From the IMG/VR virus record IMGVR_UViG_3300037467_003078: a DNA stretch of 64,000 nucleotides; one strand, given 5' to 3'. The notes under the pieces are model-generated. The model was not told the DNA's origin, made no database searches, and was given only the letters and a program-made list of their open reading frames with translations. The position numbers were made by a program, and so were the translations under genes. The DNA is from a virus. Below are positions 18,155 to 25,852 of this stretch, one piece after another; within the stretch, counting starts at the first letter, position 1, and each line of letters starts with the position of its first letter.

Positions 18155-19240
18155 CTACTCTTGACTTTCTGTTTCATCATCTTCTGTAAATACTTCCTTT
18201 AACTTTCCTTCCTCTAAAGGAACATACTCTACTTCATCAATAACAGGGTTTAAATAAGAGCGAATCTTATCATCTAGTTCTGTTAATAGTGCAGGATTCT
18301 CGTTTAATGCTTGTTTACATGCAGGGCGACCATTTCCAATTCGCTCGTCACCATACCAAAACCAACTACCTTGTTTACGAAGGATACCTAAGTCTACACC
18401 GTAGTCCAAGATTTCTCCTGCTTTAGAGATACCTTCACCAAACTCAATATCTACAAAATCCTCACGGAAAGGAGGTGCTACTTTATTTTTAACTACTTTA
18501 ATTTTAGTTTTTCGTGATACAGCCTCACCGTCTTTTTTAATGATTTCGTTAGCACGAACATCTAAACGGATAGTTGAATAGAATTTCAATGCACGACCAC
18601 CCGGAGTTGTCTCAGGGTTTCCAAACATAACTCCTACTTTTTCACGAATCTGATTAATAAAGATGATACTAGTTCCAGTTCTGTTACATGCGTATGCTAT
18701 CTTACGAAGTGCTTGTGACATCAATCGTGCTAGTAAGCCTACATGGTTGTCTCCAATTTCACCTTTAATCTCAGCCTCAGGAACCATTGCAGGAACAGAG
18801 TCAACAACTACCATGCTACAGATTCCTGAATTAATCCAACGCTCTGCAACTTGCAAGCAATCTTCTGCTGAATCAGGTTGTGCAACTACTAGGTCTTTTA
18901 CATTAACACCTAGTTGTTCTGCATAAACAACATCTAATGCGTTCTCAGCGTCAATGAACACTGCTAATCCATCTTTCTGTGCCTCTGCAATAGCGTGTAA
19001 TGCTACAGTTGTTTTACCTGAACTTTCAGGACCGTATATCTCAACGATTCGTCCTTTAGGGAAACCTCCACCTGTTAATTCATCAATCTTATAACTTCCG
19101 AAACTAGTTCGTGGAATTTTTGCTACTTTGGTATCACCTAGAACTTGTGAGCCATGAACTCCAAAGTCTTTAGCGATAGATTGCATTGTTGCCTCAAAAA
19201 TCTTTTGCTTTGCTTTGTCCTCAAATACCTGTCTTGCCAT
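18155..19240 (-). CDS. recA: RecA recombinase
   Basis: GPESSGKTT, FIDAENALD, VVDSVPAM, FINQIREKVGVMFGNPETTPGGRALKFY. Confidence 0.98.
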   Translation of the reverse strand: MARQVFEDKAKQKIFEATMQSIAKDFGVHGSQVLGDTKVAKIPRTSFGSYKIDELTGGGFPKGRIVEIYGPESSGKTTVALHAIAEAQKDGLAVFIDAENALDVVYAEQLGVNVKDLVVAQPDSAEDCLQVAERWINSGICSMVVVDSVPAMVPEAEIKGEIGDNHVGLLARLMSQALRKIAYACNRTGTSIIFINQIREKVGVMFGNPETTPGGRALKFYSTIRLDVRANEIIKKDGEAVSRKTKIKVVKNKVAPPFREDFVDIEFGEGISKAGEILDYGVDLGILRKQGSWFWYGDERIGNGRPACKQALNENPALLTELDDKIRSYLNPVIDEVEYVPLEEGKLKEVFTEDDETESQE

Positions 19241-19272
19241 ATAACGACCTCCTTATGTATCTTACAAATTAT

Positions 19273-19304
19273 ATTATATTTGTTTTATAACGAAATGTCA
19301 AGGG
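19273..19304 (-). promoter_or_regulatory. sigmaA-type promoter for recA
   Basis: CCC-TTGACA-N17-TATAAT. Confidence 0.88.
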
Positions 19305-19309
19305 TCAAC

Positions 19310-19561
19310 TTAACGATAAAGAGTTCTAGTGAATCTTGAAATCTCATTACCTGATTTATCCACAATAATAACTCCGTCTACTTTAAATCCTTCATCTGTT
19401 ATGAATAGAATTGGACTACTTCCTGATGGAGTAGCAGGACTTGAAACATTCATCACCTTTCCTTCAATGTTCTTTTCACTATGACTTCGTTCCATGAAAA
19501 ACTCCTCTAGCATTTCTAGGTAGTCTCTCGGTACTGCAACTGTATGTTTTGACTTATCCAT
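19310..19561 (-). CDS. Hypothetical protein
   Basis: Closely packed ORF in an operon. Confidence 0.6.
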   Translation of the reverse strand: MDKSKHTVAVPRDYLEMLEEFFMERSHSEKNIEGKVMNVSSPATPSGSSPILFITDEGFKVDGVIIVDKSGNEISRFTRTLYR

Positions 19562-19562
19562 A

Positions 19563-19877
19563 TTAAAACACTCCTAACTTAGATTCAATTTCTATTTTTT
19601 CTATTCTCATTGCTTTTATATCTCTTGTTACTAAATGATGTTTCAATTTAGTATCTAAAAGCTTATGCTTCGCCTCTAACATTTCTTTATCATCAGACAG
19701 TAAGATATTGTCAATATTGACAGGTTCTTCTATAGACCTAGAATATTTTATTATCCACATTCTAACCTCGTCAATATCTAATGCTAATTGAAATTGTAGT
19801 TCTTCAAAATCTTTTAAGTCTGCTCTTATCTGTCTTAGTTTTTTAAGATTATACAAATCATCAAACCAAGCCATCAT
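19563..19877 (-). CDS. Hypothetical coiled-coil protein
   Basis: Overlaps the upstream stop; GAGGAGG RBS. Confidence 0.6.
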   Translation of the reverse strand: MMAWFDDLYNLKKLRQIRADLKDFEELQFQLALDIDEVRMWIIKYSRSIEEPVNIDNILLSDDKEMLEAKHKLLDTKLKHHLVTRDIKAMRIEKIEIESKLGVF

Positions 19878-20569
19878 ATGACCTCCTCTAATTTAGCTTT
19901 AATTAAATTAATAGAAATCTTTTCATCGTGATACACAACGAAAAGTGAAATATTTTGTGACTCTAACATTTCCGATTTAGCATAATCGTTTTCTTGACCT
20001 TTTACAAAATCATGCTTAGTTTTATGGTAGAACTCTGAGAAGTTAGTATGTTGAGAGCCATGAACTTCCACTGCTATACCTAATTGTGGAATTAACCAAT
20101 CAATCCATAGACTGCCAATAGGTTGTTCTTCTTCTACCTTGTGATAAGGGAAAAGATGTTGAAGAATTTTGCCCACAACATAATGTCCTTTAGAACAACC
20201 CATTTCCTTTTTCCATTCACTAGTCCACTTCTCAACTAAATCATTTCCATCATCAGCAACATCGAAATATCCTTTTTGCTTGCGAAGTCCTAAGCGATAA
20301 GCTATATGTTCTATTTGCCATTTAGGTGCATTGAGTCTGTCAGATATAAAACTATTTGGTGAAAATGGATATGTAGCGTTAATCCATTTTATTTCTTCTG
20401 TCGTCCATTCTCGTTTAGCAGGGTCTTCTTTTTCCAACCCTAATTCCTCTGCTTTCTTTTGTACGAATTGATAACTAACTTTCATAATCTTAGCTACTTC
20501 TTCGTCAGTGTTATGACGATATAACTTTATAAATTTTTTTTCTTTGTTCTTAGACCAGTATGATGACAC
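19874..20569 (-). CDS. Tandem HTH repeats fused to a Vsr/DUF559-like endonuclease domain
   Basis: Two W..E....Y...A..LGL repeats, then WIDWLIPQLGIAVEVHGSQH. Confidence 0.65.
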   Translation of the reverse strand: MSSYWSKNKEKKFIKLYRHNTDEEVAKIMKVSYQFVQKKAEELGLEKEDPAKREWTTEEIKWINATYPFSPNSFISDRLNAPKWQIEHIAYRLGLRKQKGYFDVADDGNDLVEKWTSEWKKEMGCSKGHYVVGKILQHLFPYHKVEEEQPIGSLWIDWLIPQLGIAVEVHGSQHTNFSEFYHKTKHDFVKGQENDYAKSEMLESQNISLFVVYHDEKISINLIKAKLEEVI

Positions 20570-20580
20570 ATAATCAACTC

Positions 20581-21516
20581 CTATAGTTCTATCTTACCAA
20601 GTCCACCTAGTAGGTCTTTTAAGAAATCATTATCAGACATTTCATCTACTTTGGTCTTCTTAGCTACTTTATCTTTGGCTATTTCTAATGCCTTAGCTTT
20701 CATTTCTTCAACTTTCTCCTTGCGAACTTCTTCTTTGGATTCATTTTCCGTGTTCATGTATTCTTGCTTGTAATAATCAAGTGCAACCATCATGTGACTA
20801 ACGCCTTTCTTTTCAAACATTAACCATCTTACAGAACTAATTCCATTCTTAGGTGGATTAACTTCAATCCAGTATTTTAATGACGCTAACACTTGGTCAG
20901 TTCTCCATTGAACTAATAAATCTTTAATCATTTTCATTTGTTGAGGAAAGAAGTAAGGAGGCATTTTCTTTTCAAATTTCGCTAACGGTAAAAACCATTC
21001 TACAAGAACTCTCCTAGCTAATTTACCTAGTTGTTCATCATTTAATTTTAAATTGTCATTAAAGATTGATAATGAATTAATATCTTCATAAAAGAAATTA
21101 TAATCTTTAAAATCTTTATAAATAATATTATTTATAATATTATCTTGTTCCGTAGGGTCAACTTTGGGTTCTAAGTCGTCTTCGTCCTTAGAGCCTACTG
21201 CTTTTTTGTAGCCATCTATCACTGATGATGATGTGTCAACTTTGGGACTGTCAATTTTGGGGGTATCAACTTTGGACACCTTGTATGTATTTGGGTGATT
21301 TCCTTTTCCAGTTGCAATTTGTTCTACAATTTTTTTGTCTAATAATTCTTGCAATCCTCTTTTTGCTGAGTTTCTAGCAATACCTGATTCGTCTACAATT
21401 TGATTCATAGATATTCGTATTACACCGTTACTCTTGGACTTCTCATATAGATACAGTAATACCTTTAACGAACTAATAGTATCTATTTGCTTTAGCAACG
21501 TAATTGGAATTGACAT
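20581..21516 (-). CDS. Phage replication initiator (N-terminal winged HTH, central repeats)
   Basis: N-terminal wHTH (ISMNQIVDESGIARNSAKRGLQEL..GKGNHPNTY) followed by PKVD/PKID repeats encoded by DNA direct repeats, a lambda-O-like layout. Confidence 0.65.
   Translation of the reverse strand: MSIPITLLKQIDTISSLKVLLYLYEKSKSNGVIRISMNQIVDESGIARNSAKRGLQELLDKKIVEQIATGKGNHPNTYKVSKVDTPKIDSPKVDTSSSVIDGYKKAVGSKDEDDLEPKVDPTEQDNIINNIIYKDFKDYNFFYEDINSLSIFNDNLKLNDEQLGKLARRVLVEWFLPLAKFEKKMPPYFFPQQMKMIKDLLVQWRTDQVLASLKYWIEVNPPKNGISSVRWLMFEKKGVSHMMVALDYYKQEYMNTENESKEEVRKEKVEEMKAKALEIAKDKVAKKTKVDEMSDNDFLKDLLGGLGKIEL
21085..21276. repeat. Putative replication origin: four 12-bp iterons, an AT-rich tract and a 20-bp palindrome
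   Basis: (G/A)TCAA(C/T)TTTGG(G/A) at 21157, 21235, 21250 and 21265; perfect palindrome TATAAATAATATTATTTATA at 21117-21136. Confidence 0.6.
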
Positions 21517-21550
21517 ATAGACATCATCTCCTTTCTTATATTACAGTTGA

Positions 21551-21582
21551 ATTATAACATGTTATCGGAACAAAGTCAAGGG
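21551..21582 (-). promoter_or_regulatory. sigmaA-type promoter for the replication initiator operon
   Basis: CCC-TTGACT-N17-TATAAT. Confidence 0.88.
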
Positions 21583-21588
21583 TAAAAC

Positions 21589-21610
21589 AAAAACTCCCTC
21601 GAAAGGGAGT
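21589..21610 (-). terminator. Intrinsic terminator after phoH
   Basis: ACUCCCU-UUCG-AGGGAGU-UUUU. Confidence 0.85.
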
Positions 21611-21617
21611 CTAAATC

Positions 21618-22982
21618 TTATTCGTAGAAACTTGAAGCCCATGCAGATAACTCTGAACGGAAGTTTGACTCTAATAAGATATATGTAGAATGTTGGAATC
21701 CTGTTCCATCTGTTGCACGAGAACGCTCTGCCCATACTCGTAAGCCATTGTTCTCTGAATCTAATCGTGGGTTGTCAATTTGAGATAAGTCACCACTTAG
21801 AATAATTTTAGTATTTTTTCCTGCACGAGTCAACATTGTTTTAATAGCCTCGGCAGTGTAGTTTTGGCACTCGTCAATGTGAATGATAGTATTAGGGATA
21901 CTACGACCACGCATATGAGTCACTACATCTAGTTCAATACGACCATTTAACTCCTCAGGTAAATCCATACCTTCGCTAGTTAATTCAGTCATAGTGTCTT
22001 TGAAACTTTCAAACCACGGAGCCATTTTTTCTTCTTTAGTTCCGGGTAAAAGACCTAGTTCTTCACCAATCTCAACCATAGGCTTGATTAAGATGTATCT
22101 ATCAAACGCACCTTGTTTTAATAGGTTAAGTACACATGCAGTTGTAATAAAGTTCTTACCTGCACCTGCTACTCGTGATAAGATAAAGTGAACATAGTTG
22201 TCTTCTGACATTAGGTGATTCATAAGGAAATTTTGTCTAGCGTCTTGAGGTCTAACAGCCTCACCACCAGTAGTCCAAATAGCCTCATTCTTTTTCCAGT
22301 CATGGATAGTTTCTAATCTCTTATGTACGGAATTATATGTAGCTAATACCATATGGTCAGGGTTCATTTCATCAACCATAAACACATTCTCATTGTTCAT
22401 ATATGGTAGTTCAATATTATAAACCTGATTCTTTCTAGTTTCTAGTAAAGCCTTAGTAGGCAATTCTAATTTAACTACTCCTGTGTTAATTTCGTTTAAT
22501 CCAGTGTTAATAATTTTGTATTGTTTTGCTCTTAGATTTGTTAATCCTAGTTGTCTTTTTACACCTCTAGCCTCAACACGGACATTCACATCATTACTAT
22601 GTAGGACTACTGTTGAGTTAGGATTGTCATTAGCATAAGCTACTGCTACAGAAATAATTTTATTGTCTGCTTTGTCGGGTTCATCACATTCATATTTTGT
22701 TTGGTAGTAGCTACCTTCAATAACTAGGAAACTGCCTTCCGTTTCTAATGGCATTACTTCTTCGTCTTCAAACTCCTCGGTAATTTCATCTAGTAACCAA
22801 GAGGCTTTACGAACAACCATTCGCTTATTTCCATCTTTGTTGTTCTTTAAACCATCTAGTTCGCTGATTACTACTCGTGGCACAACTACTAGTGTGTTCG
22901 GAAACTTTAGGATTGCTTTGTAATCGTCTACTAATACATTTGTGTCTAAAACTACGATTTTGCTAAATTCATTATGTTCCAT
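21618..22982 (-). CDS. phoH: PIN-domain + PhoH ATPase protein
   Basis: PIN motifs VVLDTNVL and ISELDGLK; PhoH motifs AGAGKNF, MRGRSI, IDECQN and GDLSQID. Confidence 0.9.
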   Translation of the reverse strand: MEHNEFSKIVVLDTNVLVDDYKAILKFPNTLVVVPRVVISELDGLKNNKDGNKRMVVRKASWLLDEITEEFEDEEVMPLETEGSFLVIEGSYYQTKYECDEPDKADNKIISVAVAYANDNPNSTVVLHSNDVNVRVEARGVKRQLGLTNLRAKQYKIINTGLNEINTGVVKLELPTKALLETRKNQVYNIELPYMNNENVFMVDEMNPDHMVLATYNSVHKRLETIHDWKKNEAIWTTGGEAVRPQDARQNFLMNHLMSEDNYVHFILSRVAGAGKNFITTACVLNLLKQGAFDRYILIKPMVEIGEELGLLPGTKEEKMAPWFESFKDTMTELTSEGMDLPEELNGRIELDVVTHMRGRSIPNTIIHIDECQNYTAEAIKTMLTRAGKNTKIILSGDLSQIDNPRLDSENNGLRVWAERSRATDGTGFQHSTYILLESNFRSELSAWASSFYE

Positions 22983-23006
22983 TGGACAACACTCCTTGGG
23001 GGATTT

Positions 23007-23050
23007 TAATATAAAAGAGGAGAGGCTTGAGCACCTCTCGTTTTATATTA
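23007..23050 (-). terminator. Terminator-like long hairpin at the late/early module boundary
   Basis: UAAUAUAAAA-C-GAGAGG-N8-CCUCUC-CUC-UUUUAUAUUA. Confidence 0.65.
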
Positions 23051-23057
23051 TATCTGT

Positions 23058-23089
23058 ATTATAACGACTATTCTGTTATTTGTCAAGGG
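23058..23089 (-). promoter_or_regulatory. sigmaA-type promoter upstream of phoH
   Basis: CCC-TTGACA-N17-TATAAT; the -35 overlaps the end of the 23076-23357 gene. Confidence 0.8.
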
Positions 23090-23357
23090 TAGCAATAAAC
23101 TTGTGAATTTGCTTTTCAATTACTTTAGCAGTAACGAACAACTTAGCTGTCTTTGGTAGTTTAGCATAGATATACCTTGCAAGTGCAGGAGCATTTTCAT
23201 CTATGTTTTCAAGAACTTCATGCTTAACAGTTCCTAGATGGCTAAGAACGAAATTCAGTGCTCTCTTTCTTCCCACAAGAAGTACACTAGCAACCACAAC
23301 TACTATTCCTGAAAAAAGTTCTTTGTTCTCAGTTATATATTGTAAGATTTGTTCCAT
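23076..23357 (-). CDS. Small membrane protein downstream of the endolysin (holin-like accessory)
   Basis: Single N-terminal TM segment; last gene of the late operon. Confidence 0.5.
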   Translation of the reverse strand: MEQILQYITENKELFSGIVVVVASVLLVGRKRALNFVLSHLGTVKHEVLENIDENAPALARYIYAKLPKTAKLFVTAKVIEKQIHKFIATLDK

Positions 23358-23375
23358 TGCAATCTCCTCCTATTA

Positions 23376-24449
23376 TTACTTATTTAATAGTTGTTCCATT
23401 TTAACTCTAGTTCTATCTCCGTAAACACCATCAGCAGGACTTACATACATGCTTTGGAATCGTTTGATTGCGTCAACTGTATCCTCTCCGTAAACTCCGT
23501 CTACCTTACCACATTTAAAGTTAAGGTCATTCAAAGCCTCTTGGATTTGTTTTACTGCATTACCTTTATCACCTTTCTTGAACACACCTTTTGGCAATGT
23601 TACTTTTGGCTTAGGAGCAGGTTTAGGTTGAGGCTTAACAGGAATTGGTTTAGGCTTAGGCTCTACTGGTTGAGGTTTAACAGGAGCAGGAGCAGGTTTT
23701 TCAGCTACAACCTTAGGAGTGTAAACTACTTTACCATCTTTATTGTATACTTCGTAACCTTCTTTAGCTTTTTCATCAGCAAGTTCTCTAGCACCTTCTA
23801 AGTCTTTATAAGCACCAATTTGGCTAGCAACATCTTCCCATGATTTACGAACACGATATACTTCTGCTGTTTCAGTTTGTTTTGGTGTAATAAGTGCTTT
23901 GACTGATTTTTTGAAGTCATTGTAGTCCTTAGTGTTTTCTACGAAAGGAGCAGGACAGTTCTTACCAGTAATATCATTGTGTCTAACAATGTCTTCGATT
24001 GGGTCTAACTTAAATGCTTTACATAGGTCAGCGAATACTTGTGCACTATTTTTTAATGTGTCCTCATGGAACTCACCATCTTTTTCAATACACAATTCAA
24101 TACCAATAGTTGTAACATTAGCGTCACCGTAATAGATTTCACCATTAGGTTTTCTTATATTTCCTTTTAATTCAGGAATCCTACATTTTTTTTCATTTGC
24201 ATGGAAAGCTACTTCATCTAGAGGTAGAATACAAATTGCCTCTTTTGAATCTACAAATATATGAGCAGAAGCACTTCTATCACTTAAATTAGCAAAATAG
24301 TTTTTATGGTTTCTAGCACTTGCACCGGGATTAGCAGTGTAGTGAATTACTAACTTCCTAACATTTATTAACTTCCATGTAGGTCTTGAATGTGGATTAT
24401 ATCCAATAAACTCATATTTAAGAATACTTGAATCTACTTTTTGAACCAT
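23376..24449 (-). CDS. Endolysin: N-acetylmuramoyl-L-alanine amidase + small wall-binding domain + Pro/Lys linker + PG_binding_1
   Basis: Amidase_2 motifs VIHYTAN, SAHIFVD, IGIELC and HNDITGKNCP; C-terminal GDKGNAVKQIQEAL...DGVYG. Confidence 0.92.
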   Translation of the reverse strand: MVQKVDSSILKYEFIGYNPHSRPTWKLINVRKLVIHYTANPGASARNHKNYFANLSDRSASAHIFVDSKEAICILPLDEVAFHANEKKCRIPELKGNIRKPNGEIYYGDANVTTIGIELCIEKDGEFHEDTLKNSAQVFADLCKAFKLDPIEDIVRHNDITGKNCPAPFVENTKDYNDFKKSVKALITPKQTETAEVYRVRKSWEDVASQIGAYKDLEGARELADEKAKEGYEVYNKDGKVVYTPKVVAEKPAPAPVKPQPVEPKPKPIPVKPQPKPAPKPKVTLPKGVFKKGDKGNAVKQIQEALNDLNFKCGKVDGVYGEDTVDAIKRFQSMYVSPADGVYGDRTRVKMEQLLNK

Positions 24450-24461
24450 TTTAATTCCTCC

Positions 24462-24776
24462 TTATTTGTTTTCGATTTTTAAGTTGAACAACAATAGTAG
24501 TCCACTTAAAGCGATTAAAAATTTAACTATAAACCAGTTTTCAGTTTCTAAACTAGCAAGAAATAAATCCATGTTCCCATTTAAGAAGAATATAGACGAA
24601 AATCCGAAGTATACACTCTCTATAAATAGAGAAAGTGACGCTATAGCTAATGGAATTAACAGTGGAGGTCTACTATATTTATATTTAGTAGTAGAAATTA
24701 TCACTTTTGTTAATTGGTAGCATATAGCACCCCAAGAGAAAGCTGAAACAAGATACACCAATAATACTAGTAACAA
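24462..24776 (-). CDS. Three-TM membrane protein (holin candidate)
   Basis: Three hydrophobic segments; directly upstream of the endolysin. Confidence 0.5.
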   Translation of the reverse strand: MLLVLLVYLVSAFSWGAICYQLTKVIISTTKYKYSRPPLLIPLAIASLSLFIESVYFGFSSIFFLNGNMDLFLASLETENWFIVKFLIALSGLLLLFNLKIENK

Positions 24777-24778
24777 GG

Positions 24779-25000
24779 TTAACGCACCTCTTTCTTGTGT
24801 TGTGTTTTCAAGCTGTCATTTAGACCCCTAAGACCAACTAGTATTTCATCATACTGTTGTAATGTTGAATGTTCAGCAGTTGCTTTTAAATATGTGGAAC
24901 GCTTTTCTAATCTTTTCTTTTTGGCTTTTAAATCAATCTCGTATTTAAGGAGAATCCCCACAATCACTCCCATTAGCATGTAAACAATATTTATCATCAT
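24779..25000 (-). CDS. Single-TM protein in the lysis cassette
   Basis: N-terminal TM followed by a basic/coiled segment; 4-nt overlap with the upstream gene. Confidence 0.5.
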   Translation of the reverse strand: MMINIVYMLMGVIVGILLKYEIDLKAKKKRLEKRSTYLKATAEHSTLQQYDEILVGLRGLNDSLKTQHKKEVR

Positions 25001-25266
25001 TTGTTCCCACCACCATTGTTATGCGTGATGATACTATTCAGGATTTTTATCGTTAATAGCATTTCTTGTTGTATGTCTGCTTGCTTGTTCATGCCCATCT
25101 CAATCCTATCAAGTCCTTCCTCAATTTGGTCTAATCTTGCTTGTATATTGTCTCCTTTAGCCCAATTCTTATCTAGCCTCCATAAAGCCCAACCTGCTAC
25201 AACTATAGGGAAACCAAATTGCTTAATAGCTTCCATAATTACTTTTATAATTTCATCTATACCCAC
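24997..25266 (-). CDS. YvrJ/BhlA-like holin-type protein
   Basis: FGFPIVVAGWALWRLDK motif followed by a coiled coil. Confidence 0.6.
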   Translation of the reverse strand: MGIDEIIKVIMEAIKQFGFPIVVAGWALWRLDKNWAKGDNIQARLDQIEEGLDRIEMGMNKQADIQQEMLLTIKILNSIITHNNGGGNK

Positions 25267-25304
25267 AACATCACCTTCTTTCTATTGTTATCCCCCCCAA
25301 ATTA

Positions 25305-25835
25305 TTACTTCGCCTTTTGCCATGCAGTACCATTCCATACATATACTGCTTTTGCGTCTTGCCAACCTGAGCCATTCCACACATAAACATTTTTTGCTGT
25401 TTGCCACGCACTTCCATTCCACACTTTTATAGGTGCAGTATTTAAATTGTCAAGAGCAACAGTTCCACTAACAGTCCACCTTCCAGTTTGAGAACCACTC
25501 AATACAACATCAGGTTCAAACCAACCACTTATGCCTATAGATTTAGTTCCATCTGAGTTATGAGTTACTGTTACAGCAGAACGAGTATATATAAGAGTTT
25601 TTCCACCTGATGAACCGTGTGATACGTCTACATCAGAGGTGAAGCCTAAGACTCCACCATTTACTGTAGTTTCTCCTGTTTTTTGTGATGTATAGTTGAT
25701 ACTGTTTGTAGATACTAAGTACATTTTTACTACAACAGAAGAAGTGTTGTTTGACGCATTCGGAGTGGAAGTCCAATCTATTTCTAGGTGATGGTATGTA
25801 TTAAAAGTTGGTCCTACTATTGTTCCACTTGCCAT
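25305..25835 (-). CDS. Tail fibre/tip-associated protein
   Basis: Ig-like N-terminal region (LEIDWTS..NASNNTSSV); C-terminal triple (V/K)xWNGSxW repeat. Confidence 0.6.
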   Translation of the reverse strand: MASGTIVGPTFNTYHHLEIDWTSTPNASNNTSSVVVKMYLVSTNSINYTSQKTGETTVNGGVLGFTSDVDVSHGSSGGKTLIYTRSAVTVTHNSDGTKSIGISGWFEPDVVLSGSQTGRWTVSGTVALDNLNTAPIKVWNGSAWQTAKNVYVWNGSGWQDAKAVYVWNGTAWQKAK

Positions 25836-25852
25836 ACATCATTCTCCTTTCC

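Noticed and set aside
879-19240. Inteins or introns in nrdE, dnaE, dnaB and recA
   Set aside because: Lengths and motif spacing match uninterrupted proteins; no C/S...HN intein ends or LAGLIDADG blocks were seen.
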